Positions 21,401-34,583 of a stretch of 64,000 nt of DNA are shown here, in pieces (position 1 is the stretch's first letter; each line of letters starts with the position of its first letter). Source of the stretch: Lepidodermella squamata (Eukaryota; Animalia; Gastrotricha); contig JBLDXI010000009.1 in assembly GCA_047495785.1 (NCBI GenBank), forward strand, positions 2,170,001-2,234,000. Direction: 5' to 3'. The notes under the pieces were generated by a model that was not told the origin of the DNA, ran no database searches, and saw only the letters and a program-made list of their open reading frames with translations. The translations under genes and the position numbers were made by a program.

Positions 21401-24202
21401 TCCTTTTATAAAATGGTATGGTGATATGTGTTTCTAAGACCGTAGGATGACTGAATCACTGAATTTTGGGGAAAATTGTGTGCACTTCGTTCAACATAGT
21501 CCACATTCGAAAAAAAACCATGTTGCGGACAGACTTTTTTTAGAAAGGGTGGCGGCATGAAATTTTCGTCTATCGCAATCAAAAAATATGCATTCGATAG
21601 AGCTAGGTTCACTTAATAAGTCAAACACTATGGAGCGGACCTGTTAGCCTTTTGTCAATTTTGCGGAATTTCAAAAGGAAACAAAAAGGAAAAAACGAAT
21701 TTTCAGCACTTTGTAACAATATTTGTTAGTTACTGAAACGTATCAACTCTTGTTTTTGATGAGTTTTACCAGCTATGGGTTGACTTGAAATAAAAAATAG
21801 CCACCATGACTATCCCAACGCACGATGGTAGTTTTTTTGCGAAAATGTGGTTTGACGTGTCTGTCCGCAACACCGTCAAACCAGGTGGGTAGGTAAATTT
21901 TTGGGTGTTTTGGTGTTGTTCGAAAAATTCCTCGGTTAAAATAAGGGCGATGTAGGGTGTTTCCAAATGACTTTAAGCATTGATGTATTTTTGGGGAATT
22001 AAATAAAGGCTTTTTTGTTGAGGACAGACATTTGCGACAAAGTCATGGAATGACCCATAAGCATTCAAATTTTGATAATCCAACATCTTATGTATATCTA
22101 AAACAGGTATAATTACGAACCTGAGATGGAATGCCGACGTCGACGAGGGTGAACTTCTTGATTGCTTCGTAGATCTGGCGATCCTTGCGGCCCAGCAGAC
22201 ACATGATCAGCTTGACGTTAGGCAACGTCGAAGCTTGCTGACAGGCAGCCTTGTAGCCATCAGCACGGGTGTTGTCGATTGGCAGAGGTTTAGGCGGCGG
22301 GCACTGATATTATTAAAAATAAAATTGTTAAATTTAAATACATTTTGGGCAATGAAAAAGTTGATTTCTCCAGTTATTTTAAAGAAACATGACAACAGGT
22401 AGACGATTCTATAGCTTTAAACTTTCACGCGCATTCCGAATGGCTTTCCAATTTCCCGAGTGCAGGATATACCCAATAAGAGAAATACGAAAAAATTACT
22501 AACCTGAATGCCAAGCCCAGATCCAATGCGGCAGACAGCGTCAGAAAGTTCGCGGGCGGCTTGTTCGTCACGACGCGGGAAGATCAGGACCCACGGATCC
22601 ATCGGCTGAGGGTCGCATGCCTTCATGTTCTTAATTGCGTTCGACCATTCCGCGCTCTGGTCAGGGCGAATTGGAGCACTGCCGGTGGACAGCTCAATTG
22701 GCGGGAGTAGGCGACCCCTCAGGCGAAGCGGCTGTGGATCCAAGCGAAGGTTCCAATCAGACAAAATCTGACGGGCCTTTTCACAGTTGGCGACACGGCG
22801 ACCGAAGTCGGTGTATCGCTGCATACGGTTCGTCGGGTTGAGACGGGTGATCTCGCCGAATTCCTTCATCAGGCGGAAATCAGCACGCTGGGCGTCGGTC
22901 AAACCGGTCATGAAACACAACTCCGGAACCAACTTGTCGACACGGCCTTCCTCCTTAATACGACGAGCCATTTTTCGAGGACGAGTGACCAGCAGCGGCT
23001 GCTTCACGTCTTGAATGACCACGTTGTATTGGGTACGCATGTAGTCGGCGATCGAAATCTGCTCGCCCTTGCGCTCGAACTTGGTTAGCGGGCAATTTTC
23101 TGGCGGCCACAAGATGTCATCGATCGTGTGCGTCTTGTTGTTGTACTTGGTCAAGACGATGGTTCCAATCAGCTCCTTGGCAACGGCTTCCTTCGGATCA
23201 ATGTTGTTCCGGCGAGCATCGTCAAAAATTTTGCGGAGCATATCATAGCAAGTATCGGTACGCATGACGCGATGAATAATATCCATGTTCAGCAACAGCT
23301 CATTCTCATACTTCGTAATCGTCATCGCGTACCCAGGCCAAATTGTCATGCCGAAATTCTGCATGTTAATAGCTGCGGCTGGGTCGAAGAAATCCCTCTT
23401 GGACTGCTTCAGCTCGAGAGCAGTTTGCATGTGTCGAATGGCAATGTCCAGGATACGAACCGCCTCGTCCGAGTCGGGCGAAACCTCGCCAGTTCGGCGA
23501 ACTCGGAGGTTGATGGTCGCCCCATCACTCTCGCGCTTCGAATGCCACATGTTCTCCTGTAAAAGACACAGTTTACAACTAGTTTACAAAATAAATATTT
23601 CCTGAAACCAATAACTAGGTTTCAACAGGCTACAAATTAACTGTATAAAATACTTACCTCACCCAAATTTTTTGGCGTGATCAAATTCGCGCCATTAAAC
23701 GAGAAAACCTCGCCGATTTTGTCTTTATGCGCGCGCACAAGTTGACCGCGCAGGCTGAGGAAGTCGATCTCGGGCTCGAAATCGACATGATACTCATACA
23801 TACACCAAGTCGGGCCGCCCTGAATTTTGAAGAAATTCGAAACCAATTCCACCGGTTCGCCCATCTTGCCTAAAATAGCAAACACAAAACATACATTAAA
23901 AATATCGCGTTTGCATAACTTGAATTACCTTGAGTACTAGTCACATTTTGCGGCCTGGTCAGAGGGATGACGATTGATTCCATACGACGTGCTCTTGCGG
24001 CCTGAAGGCGCTCCATGCGGCCCTTGGCGTCGACCGGACCAGACTGTTCGCGACCGCGTGGGGCGATTCCACCACGCGGCATCGCGGTTGTGGCTTCGGA
24101 TTTCGAGACATCACTTGGGGCGTCTGGGCCAGGAGTCGTAAGACCCTCGCCGGCGTCCCCGCGGCCGCGAGCGCGACCACGAGCTCGACCCGCTGTTTCC
24201 AT
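18420..24202 (-). CDS. PIWI: PIWI-clade Argonaute, slicer residues retained
   Basis: N-terminal GRARGRARG, PAZ (VLTKYNNKT...LVPELC), MID (YEAIKK...IPSQCV; KLGG), PIWI (GFDTYH, YRDGV, HLYYNWPGTIRV, YAHKLA, LYYL). Exons ~23929-24202, ~23658-23870, 22504-23557, 22121-22303, 18420-19247. Confidence 0.96.
19601..20877 (+). repeat. Tc1/mariner-like terminal motif, three direct copies
   Basis: TAAAGTGGCGGTCAAAATTATAGAGCA is identical at 19601 and 20642; the core GTCAAAATTATAGAGCACCCATG recurs at 20855. The repeat is direct observation; the Tc1 identity is inferred. Confidence 0.7.
19686..20425 (-). pseudogene. Three rearranged Piwi coding fragments inside Piwi intron 19248-22120
   Basis: 19686-19787 matches ~23214-23315; 19787-20094 matches 22705-23012; 20092-20425 matches 23187-23520. 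Confidence 0.93.
21342..22029. repeat. Dispersed 14-mer TGTTGCGGACAGAC, four copies (one inverted); probable transposon remnant
   Basis: Direct copies at 21342, 21521 and 22016 (1 mismatch); inverted copy at 21859-21872. Confidence 0.7.
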
Positions 24203-25499
24203 TTTTTTCTTTAAATCGAACAAAAGTTACCTAAACAAATCAATGACATAAAACATAAAAATCAATACAGGCAGAATACAGGCATGGAAAAAGCTTGATC
24301 ACAAAACGAACAACTGAAATGAGCGCCGACGGAAATTCAGACTGAGATTGGAGATGAAGATCTTACGTCACGCAAATTCCAGATGGTGATCGTAATTCAA
24401 GACAATGGTGTGAGTAATGCGCTAGCGTGTGCGGCGCAATGCGTGCGCAGTCTTGAAGTTAAGCACAATAACGGAACAACAATAGGCCTATCAAATTACT
24501 AGGCGGCGGAGTTATGAACAACTTCACAAAACCGTGCTAACATTTCTGAATTCTATTTGAAATGCTTGTAATTTTCGGTCGCCGAAAATCAACTTTAGCG
24601 CCGCGGTAATAAATATAGCAATAGATGTAACGCCGCCGGGCAAACAGTGAAAACATAGATTAACATGTAAAGGATTCTGCTGTCATCTAATAGGCATATA
24701 ATGAGGAATTACAGAGCCTTGTCACGGTTCACATAGAAATTTATTACCGCTATCGTAAGAGGTGCAAGAGACCGGAATAGCCATGTTATTGTGACTAGCG
24801 AACAGTGGCAAGAAGGCCACAGTTTATTGCAATGAAAATGATAGCGCTGAAAATGGCCGCTTTCATGAGAGATGTACATTCAGCGTATCACAGATAACAG
24901 AAGACACCAGACTACGCCAACGTTGATATTATACAATCGTCCGATGGCTCCCTAATGCTGGCATTATTTGCATTTGCATTGCACAATGTTTGGCGAGATT
25001 TTTTTCTTGTGCGCTGCATATTAACCATGTTCACAAAGGTTTTATTGTTATCACGCAAATCAGGTCGCAAATACGCCGCATTGCATCTATAGGAAATCCC
25101 AAGAATTTCCCTGGAAAAATTTAGGAATTCAGCTGTTTCCGGCAATGATTCCGTAAAATTCAGAGAGAGCGGGTAAAATTGAGCTATGTACTTAACTTGT
25201 GTTGCGGATTCATAGCGCGATCACGCCCGAAAAAAATTTGATTCCATAGCCTGCTTTCAACGCCGACTTCAAAAAATTCGGAGAAGCTCACTTTTGTTTC
25301 CAACATTTATGCGATTATTTGAGAATATTTTCGCATCATGCAGCAATTCGAACCAAAAATTCAATTTCGGCAAATTAAAAATGGCTTATTAAGCTGCTTA
25401 TTTTCATTCGTTTCTTAATGAGGGAGAAAAAACGCTAATCAGCCCCTCACTAAACAAAGTTAAGAGACTGCAATCATGCCATTTTTATGGGGTAGCAAT

Positions 25500-26610
25500 A
25501 AAACAGGCATGTTTGTGTGCTAGTGCGCGCAAACATGGAAGTGTTGGTCATATAATTTTGAAACGCACTGTATCTGGTCATCACCGAACACTAACAACAA
25601 ACCACAAACTGTTATTCGACAATCAGGTTGTTTCTAACTGAAATGGCGAATGGAAGAGTGATTCGGCAGATTCCTTAGTGCAATCCTTAGTCCTCCTAAG
25701 TAACAGCATGCGCAAAAACCGACAATAGAAAAATGACCCCAAAGAAGTGTTTACAAACAGAATAGACGTAACTATACATTAAGAACAAACTTAAAACATA
25801 TCATACAACACATTCTCGCAAACACCACCACCAATTGAAAGCGTATCAAGGCCAATTATCGCATCAGCAGCATTCAGATTAAACTTGTTTTAGAGATCAA
25901 TAGTTCATGCTTGAGCAATTGAAGCAGTCAACGTCATGGCTCTAATTCAAGGGAGGCAGGGAGGCACAGAGACAAGGAAAACGGAGAAGAAATGTGATCA
26001 ACAAGTCCACTGCGGTCAAACTTGAAATGATTTAGACCAGGAGAGACATTTAGACCCGATTTAAAAAAATTAGTAAGTCTCGGGACACCAAGAGGTTTGG
26101 AACATGATGAGACATCAGATAACGATAACAACGTGCACAAAAAAAGATCAAAGAAATTGAACAAATGGCGGCCCGCATGTGCACACGAACCGGCACGCAT
26201 GTGGGGATAATTTTTTACCTTTAATCTCCAGCTTCGGTTACAATTTTGTATTCATTTTACTGAAATTCATCATGACCATTATTAATGATTTCAAGGTTAT
26301 TTCTAGTACCTTTTGGCGCGCTTTGACGCAAAAACCCTCGAAGCGCACCCAAGGTCCGTCATCCCTTATTTCGAAGCGAAAAACAGCGAAAGAGATGTTA
26401 CCAACCACACCGAAACCAAACCAACTTTGGAAAGGCGGTGTTTGTGAGCCACAAGCCATCCACATCCATGTACCGGAAATGGGCGACGGGCGCTAAAAAG
26501 TGCAAACCTTGTCCGCCGTAACCGCAGGGGCAGCTTCAGAGTAATGCAGAGGAGGCAATCTGTGCTGCCCGCTAATGGATGTTTCTCTGGGACATATGGA
26601 CTAAGGAATA
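25500..26610 (+). mobile_element. Highly decayed piggyBac-like transposase remnant
   Basis: Collinear motif relics across stops and frameshifts: MFVC*...SYNFETH; NHKLLFDNQ...SMRKNR...PKE in one frame (25600-25750); TNRHACGDNF; Cys-rich tail. Confidence 0.55.
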
Positions 26611-26863
26611 AGTAGTAGTTTATCATCCGGGAAATACTTCGAAACTTAAAGGGAATGCTATCTCTCAATGGAACTGCTTGGTGTCCGAGCAGCTGGTCTA
26701 ACTTGCTATCTGCCATTGGTTTAAATATGTTGAAAACTGAGAGTTATTATTCATAATATGTATTTGGTCTTTGGTCATTACCGCGAGTCATCGTGTATTT
26801 GCCATTTAGGAAGCGTATCTTCTTATTTATTGTTCTTTTTACGACTTTTAGGGTCATTTTACC

Positions 26864-28499
26864 ATGGCTTATTACCTGATCACCGCAGTGTTTGCTGGCC
26901 TGTTGTATGGAATTCATCGATTTGTGATCGATAAATTTTATAATTTGCCACCTGGCCCTACGCCATGGCCTTATTTGGGTGAACTAGTTATCATTACCGG
27001 AAGAAATCATGCTAACAAGTTCACTTAACAGGAAATCTTTATCACTTGATTTCTCTTGGAAAAAGGCGTCCCTGGGAGCTCTACTTGCAATTGGCTGAAA
27101 CCTACGGGCCGGTGTTCACATTTTATTTTGGTCAGTTAAGGTGGACTATAGTGACTGGAACCGAAGCGACTCAGGAACTACTGGTCAAGCAAGGAAAAAC
27201 TTTTTCATCCCGACCAATAACCGAGCTTCCTGGGATGGAAGAACTTAAACCTGGAGTGATATTCTGTAACGGAGATGAATGGGTGAAACGGCGCAGATTT
27301 TGCATTCGAACCATGCGGGATTTCGGAATGGGTATTCCGTCGTACCAAATTACCGCATAAATCCATTGAATTTATGTCTATAAAGGAAAAATGGCGATAT
27401 CAGAACGAATTCACGAGGAAATAGGTCATCTGATTGCCGAAATAGACTCTTACAAAGACAAACCATTTGATCCTCGTCAACTTCTTGCCAATGCTGTGTC
27501 AAACATAATTTGCTCTATAGTCTTTGGAAAGAGGTTAGCTGGAATTTGTATATCTTTGTTTATATAAAACTAGCCGCAAACACATTTAGGTTTGATTACG
27601 GCGATCCGGAATTTGTTCGTCTATCTCTTCAACTTCAACGAATATTCAACAGGAAATTTACTGACAACGCTATTTTTATCATCATTCCAGCCTTGCGTTA
27701 CATCATGAAACCTAAGCAATCGAAGGATTTGATAGTATTTCAGGACATGATGACAGAAATGGTTGCGAAATCAGTAGCCGACCATCGAAAAGACTACAAC
27801 CCGGACAACATGAGGGATTTTATTGATTTATTTATTCAAAACGAGCTCGAAGAGGATGGAATTGACATGGAAGCGTTTACGTTTGTAATGTTGGATATGT
27901 TTGTTGCTGGTACCGAAACTACGGCAACTGCTTTAAATTGGAGTTGGCTGTTTTTGGCTCGCGATCCCGATGTTCAGAAGCGATGCCAAAATTTGATTGA
28001 CTCGGTAATCGACACGGATCGTTATCCCAATTTATCAGACCGACCTAAAATGGTTTACATTGATGCTGTTATGAACGAAGTGTTGAGACATGCCTCGGTA
28101 TTTCCGTCCGGAGCTATGCACTGCAACGTCGGAGAGAAAGCTACCTTGGCGGGCTATGACATTCCTGCTAATTCGATAATTTCTTTCAGCATTGCTGCGC
28201 AGCACCGTGATCCTAAGTATTGGGTCAATGCCAATGAATTCATCCCTGATAGATGGCTAGACCCCACAGGTACAGCTATTGTCAGCCACTCAAGCCATTT
28301 CCTGCCATTTGGACTCGGACCACGCGTGTGCCTGGGCGAGTCTCTTGCCAAAGCTGAATTCTTTATTTTTGTCGTTTCGATTTTACACCGCTTCAATCTC
28401 ACTCTGGTTAATCCGTCTTCCGTTGATCTGAATGCCGGTAGTTCGGGAGTTACACACGTTCCACCCCGATACGAAATTATTGCGACAAGGCGCAATTGA
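26864..28499 (+). CDS. Cytochrome P450, CYP2 clan (copy a; 3 introns)
   Basis: LPPGP, WxxxR, AGTETT, EVLR, PDRW, FGLGPRVCLG; introns 26979-27031, 27332-27385, 27534-27589. Confidence 0.93.
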
Positions 28500-28718
28500 A
28501 TTGAGATGTTCCACGAAGGACTAAACAAGCATCCAAACTGTGCAATAATGTTATATTTAAAAATCTCTCTGATGTATTGTTTTTTGTTTTCAGAATGGTA
28601 GCGTAATATACATAATTTATATCGGAAACATTTTAGGAAGGATTCTCTCAATATTATTTGTCAACGAAGTATGATCATTAAACTCAATTTTTTGATTATT
28701 TATAGGTCATTGTTGGTT

Positions 28719-30244
28719 ATGTTTTTGTTTTTACTGCTTGTTTTTGCATTGATCGTTGTGCTGATTCTAATTTACGGTCTTCATGTTTACTTACTCGATA
28801 TACGATATCGTTTACCTCCTGGGCCACCACCGTTGCCTTTCTACGGAAATATGCTGCGATTGAAAGAAGGACAACCAAAACCCTGGCTCATTTTCAGAGA
28901 TATTTCAGCTAAATATGGTTCTATTTCAACGTTTTACCTCGGCATGTTTCGAATGATTCTTCTGGAAGGACCTGCAGCAATCAAAGACGCTTTAGTTTCA
29001 CAGCAAAAAGATTTCAGTAATCGAGCAACTCTATTTTTTCCTGGATTCGAGCATTATCCGCCAGGATTGATTTCTGCTAGTGGCGATATTTGGTCGAGGA
29101 GGCGAAAATTCTCCGAGTTGGCTTTTCACGAGATTGGCTTGGCCCGGATTGAAGAAATCATTCGGGCCGAAGTCGCGCATTTTGCCGATGAAATTGGCGA
29201 ACGAACATTTCGACCTTTCAACCCGCAACCTCACATTGCAAGTGCTTCCTCTAACGTAATGTGTGCTATGGTATTTGGAAAACGTTTCCAGTACGACGAT
29301 CCTGAACATATTCAATTTCTATCAGAATTGGATAAAATGAATAGAGGTCGTTTCAAGGGCAATCTAAATCACTTCGCCTTCCCTTTCCTGCAATATTTCT
29401 ATAAACCTGTTCAAGTTTTGGAGGCTCAGCAATTGCGCCATGTAATTGCTGAGCGCATTGACAATGCAATCGAAGATCATCGGACAGATATCAAGGTGGA
29501 TCTTCTACGCGACTTTGTCGATGTTTTCATCAAATACGAATTTTCTGACGACGGTGTCGATTTTGAATCGTTCGTCGAGGTTATGACGGATTTTTTTATT
29601 GGCGGTGCTGAAACAACGGCTACAGCTTTAAGCTGGTCTGTTCTGTACTTATCTACCTATCATGACATTCAAAGAAGATGTCACGACGCCATTGACCGGG
29701 TTATTGACTCCGATCGGTTACCATCCGCCGAAGATCGGCCTAAACTAGCCTATATCGACGCAGTGATGTGCGAAGTTTTACGGCATGCTACTATTCTGCC
29801 TTTGGCGCTATTTCACGGAATTATCGATAACGAAAAAGTTGAGCTGTCGAGTATGAAGAGTCATATTATATCCTAATGAAAAAAATTGAAATTTCATTTT
29901 GCGCAGGCTATGACATTCCGCAACGATCTATCATTGCGTACAATTTATGGGCCCTTCACCACGACCCGATTTATTGGACCGAGCCTGACTTATTCAACCC
30001 AGAAAGATGGCTTGATCCGAATGGAAAACTGCTGAGCCATTCTTCTTATTTCATGCCGTTCGGGGCTGGTCCTCGCACTTGTATCGGCGAGCAACTGGCA
30101 CGTACTAAATATTTTATTTTTCTCGTGGCGCTACTTCAACGTTATAACTTTGCGTTGGCCGATGCCAAGGTCACCCTTGACAGCGGAGTTCCGGGTTTTA
30201 CTTACGCTCCGCCTAAATATAAAGTTATCGCCACGAGACGTTGA
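28719..30244 (+). CDS. Cytochrome P450, CYP2 clan (copy b; 1 intron)
   Basis: LPPGP, GGAETT, EVLR, PERW, FGAGPRTCIG; intron ~29851-29907. Confidence 0.92.
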
Positions 30245-30639
30245 TGAAAAATTGGCGTTTCTTATTTTTTCTTATTTATCATCTTTCTCTCTCTTTCATC
30301 TTCAAAATCATGTTGTGTGTTTTCACGACCGTTTGACAGCAAGTTTTATTTATTTACAAACTGCTTGATAGAAAAATCCGTTGTTCTATTGTTGCTGCTA
30401 GTCACGGATGGTACCAATTTCTACAGAGATTTGATGCATGACTTGGGTTGACTTTCGGTTTGTATCTGAATTTTATCTAAATGAAAATAAATGTCTGTTA
30501 CCGAATGGTTAAGGCTTTTTCAGGGTGGGTTGATGACACGGACAATGGCTGGATAATTATCTGGGCCAGCGTAAGTGTTGCTTGCTGATTTCACTTAACT
30601 TTCTGGAATTTCGATTCAATCCGTTTTTTTGCTATTTAG

Positions 30640-32452
30640 ATGGACTCATTTGAAGTTTTTAAAAGATTAACAGCTGGAGTAAAATTTGACTATGGCAGAT
30701 TCAGGAAAGATGCTGAACAATTGAAGGTTGATGCTCTGGTGCTAGATTTTGCTTTTAAACATATTTATATCTATTTTCTAGCTTCTGCGGCCTAAATCGG
30801 TTGAAAAACCTGTCGAGCCGCCAAAGCCGAAGTTACCACTTGGATCAAAAGTTGACGAGGCCACGCGAATTCGCGGCGAACATAAAATTCACGTATCTGG
30901 CTCTGATATTCCGAAACCGGTCGAAGCATTTGAAAGTCTGGGTGACACGGTCGACCCTCGTCTCATAACTGCGGTGCGTGAAGTCTTCAAATTCAAACAG
31001 CCAACGCCAATTCAGATGCAAACATGGCCAGTTATGATGGCCTCTCGAGAAATAATGGCCTGTGCACCCACTGGTTCCGGCAAGACTGTCGCCTTCTTAC
31101 TTCCAGTGGTCAATCATATCATTAAAGCCAAAAAAGAGGCGAATTATGAGCGTGGTATCCGGGCTTTGATTCTAGCCCCAACTCGAGAGTTGGCTAAACA
31201 GACCTATCTGGAGGGCCTGAGGATGACTGAAGGAACGGGCGTTAACATCAGCTACCTTAATAAAGTTACTACAAACGCGGCTTGGGCGAAGAAGGTCGCT
31301 AAGCGGGTTGATTGCCTAGTCACCACGCCGAATCGGTTGATTTTTCTGTTGCAACAAGATCCGCCACTAATTTCCTTACATCACGTTCAATGGCTGGTGG
31401 TCGATGAGTGCGATCGGCTGTTTGAAGCTGATGCTCAGGCTGAGCAGAACGAGAAGGCGAAAGGCAAAAAACGGAACCAAGGTAACCGCCCGTTACGTTC
31501 TTTCCGAGACCAACTCGGTATCATTTTCGGCGCTTGCGATTCGATGAAGCTGAGGCGGGCGCTTTTCAGCGCGACTTTCAGCCCGGAAGTCGAGGAATGG
31601 TGCCGTTTGAACTTGGACAACGTCGTCGAGGTTTACGTTGGCGCTAAAAACACAACAGCTGAGTCTGTTAAGCAGGAATTGATTTTCACTGGAGATGAAC
31701 ATGGGAAATTAATCGCATTGCGTAACATCGTTCAAACCGCCTTCGAACCACCCATGTTGATTTTCGTTCAATCTAAAGAGCGAGCGAAGGAATTATTTGC
31801 CGAGCTGGTCTATGACGGTATTAATGTCGAAGCAATCCACAGCGACCGAACGCAAGCTCAGCGAGAAAATGTTGTTCAAGCCTTCCGCGAGGGAAAAATT
31901 TGGGTGCTAATTTGTACCGAATTGATGGGTCGTGGTATCGATTTTAAGGGAGTTCGTTGCGTCGTTAATTACGACTTGCCGACCAGCCCCATCGCTTATA
32001 TCCACCGCGTTGGTCGAACAGGTCGTATGGGCCGGGCTGGTCATGCGATTTCGTTTTTCACGAAGCAGGACGCGCCTTTCATTCGGGGTATAGCTTCAGT
32101 TTTGGCGGAATCTGGCTGCGAAGTCCCTGAGTTTTTCCTGAAGCTGCCTAAAGATTCTGAAGTAGATCTGCGAACTAAGGAAGAGCGGGCTAAGTCGAGG
32201 AAACGAGAATTCAAGAAACAAAGCAACCACCCTAGTCACAAGTCAAAATCGAAAAAGCCTAAAATGACGGTTCCTCAGCGTGAAACGATTCGAACCGCCC
32301 CGCAACCCGAGTTGAGTAAAATCCACAAGAAGAAGTGAGTGCTTTGTTTTTCCAAACTCTTTGATAATTTGCAATTATTTTCCAGGAGAATGCTCAAGAA
32401 AGCTCGTTTTGAGCACAAACGACCTCGCAACACTGCTGAAAGTTCTTCATGA
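30640..32452 (+). CDS. DDX52: DEAD-box RNA helicase DDX52/Rok1
   Basis: MDSFEVFKRLTAGVKFD N-terminus, PTPIQMQ, APTGSGKT, PTRELA, DECD, SAT, WVLICTELMGRGIDFKGV, HRVGRTGR. Confidence 0.93.
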
Positions 32453-32558
32453 TGAATATTTGCTCCAAAGAATTCTTTGTTGTATTGCAATAAAAGATAT
32501 GATATGAATACAGCTATAACCTCGAGTTTTTTTGTTATTCTTAGAATTTGGCTGGAAG

Positions 32559-34231
32559 ATGATTTTAATGATATTACTAGCCCTTGTGGCTGCTCTCTTC
32601 TTGTATGGAATTCATGCGTACGTGTTGGACAAGCGATATCGCTTACCCCCTGGGCCTAGGCCACTCCCTTTCATTGGCAATGCGCCGTTGTTTTTCAAAG
32701 AGAAACGAGGTTGGATGGTGTTTCATAATTTATCGAAAGAATACGGCCCGGTATTCACGTTCTACATCGGCCAAATGCGCCTTGTATCTCTAAATAGCGC
32801 CAAGTCAGTCAACGAAGTGCTTGTGCAACAGGGTAAAGCTTTCAGTGATCGACCGATAACAATAACGCCGGGGTTTGAAAATATTAAGTTGGGCGTTGCG
32901 CTAGCCGATGGTAAAGAATGGCAAGTGCGGCGACGCTTTTGTCTTAAGGCAATGCGTGATTTTGGCATGGGTAAAACCGCAATAGTCGAAAATATCCACG
33001 ACGAAACTCGGTTGTTCTTGGATGAAATCAACAATCGCGTCGGTTCCCCTTTCGAGGCAAAACTGTTACTGAGCAATTCGATTTCAAACGTGATTTGCTC
33101 GCTGGTTTTTGGCAAGCGATTCAACTATGACGACCCACGTTTTATCGAACTGGTCGAAAAAATGTCGTTTATTTTCAACGAGTCATTTGTTGCTCGGTTT
33201 ATTCTCTTTGCTTTGCCAGCAATTCGACACGTTTTCCGACCAAAACAAGCCGATGTTGCCATTGCCCTCCAAAGCTGCATCGCCAAGTTGCTGAAAGAAG
33301 CTGTCGACGAGCATCGGAAAGACTTCAACGAAAATAATATTCGAGATTTCCCGGATTTATATATTCAATCTGAACTTGGGCCTATCGATGAATCGTTCGA
33401 TTTCGAGACCTTCGCCTTCATAATGGTGGATATGTTTGTTGCTGGTACTGAGACAACTGCAACTGCGCTGAATTGGACGTTGTATTTCCTGACCAAGCAA
33501 CCTGAGATCCAGCGCAAATGCCAAGAAGCAATTGACAAGGTTAGTGATTTTGAAATATTAATGGCGGGGCCCAAGCCCGATTTCGACCCGTACGCGTTCG
33601 GGCCGGCGGTCGAGTAACGACGCTCTACCACTCCGCGCTTGGGCCGCTCTAAAACGTGCCCGCAAGCGTCATCTACTGCTAACACATTTTCGACGAATTT
33701 TTAACGCGAGCACAAAAATGAAAATTTCTCTTCTATTAGGTCATTGGGACTGACAGATTGCCACTGTTGACCGATCGCCCGCAACTTGTTTATATCGAAG
33801 CCGTGATGTGTGAAGTCCTGCGACGTGCGACTGTCGCCCCGCTAGCCATAATGCATTGCAACTTGAACGCATCTGGGTCGATTGCTGGCTACGAAATTCC
33901 TGAGAAGACTCTCGTCTCCTACAACGTTTGGTCTGTGCATCATGACGCAGAATATTGGACCAATCCGTTCGAATTCAACCCTGATCGCTGGATTGATCCG
34001 AAAACCGGAAATTTACTCACCCACTCGACTCATTTCTTGGCGTTTGGCGCGGGTCCACGAATTTGCCTGGGCGAATCGCTAGCTCGAGTCGAGTATTTCA
34101 TGTTTTTGGTGGCTTTGCTGCAGCGTTTTTCATTCGAAATGGTTGATTCGGAAAACGTTCGAATGGAAAACAGCTCTTCTGGCGGGGCTCATTTTCCACC
34201 ACCGTACCAGGTCATCGCTTCCAAACGCTAA
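32559..34231 (+). CDS. Cytochrome P450, CYP2 clan (copy c; intron 33540-33739)
   Basis: LPPGP, AGTETT, EVLR, FGAGPRICLG; close paralog of copy d. Confidence 0.93.
33562..33645 (-). other. tRNA-like GC-rich structured element in the CYP-c intron (SINE head, pseudo-tRNA or Pol III ncRNA)
   Basis: 9-bp closing stem GGCCCAAGC/GCTTGGGCC, A-box-like AGTGGTAGAGC, B-box-like GGGTCGAAATC, ends CCGCCA; absent from the paralogous intron 36166-36219. Confidence 0.55.
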
Positions 34232-34346
34232 CAGTCAACTACAGCTGGACTTATAAGTATTGCTTGCAAATTTCGACTCTGTCGTAACTTTTTTCATGAT
34301 TTTCCATTTTCCTAATATATTTGATTGCCATTGCAAAATTGTAGGA

Positions 34347-34545
34347 AGATTAATTTAGTTATATTTTCCGGAATTGTTCTGGTACTTTCTCTACGGAGTG
34401 CATACATATTTTTGTTGGATATGCGTTTAAAGTTTACATCAGGGCCTACTTCTTCACCTTTATTCGGATGTGCCCTGCCTCAGCTGAAAATTATGAAATT
34501 CCATAAATTATCGAATGAGTTCGGCCCGGTCAATATGTCCCAAAG
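34347..34545 (+). pseudogene. Truncated CYP 5' remnant, sister of copy e
   Basis: ...LLDMRLKFTSGPTSSPLFG...FHKLSNEFGPVN parallels copy e (LLDKRYKLPPGPTPLPFFG...FHKFSKEFGPVN); upstream spacer matches 36712-36832. Confidence 0.85.
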
Positions 34546-34583
34546 TCTGAGCGATGAAGCCTGACTAATTTAACTTTTGCTCA

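Noticed and set aside
30631-30642. Acceptor directly before the DDX52 ATG as trans-splicing evidence
   Set aside because: It has a good cis donor (GTAAGT, 30571), so it is probably a 5' UTR intron; the same caveat applies to Orai.
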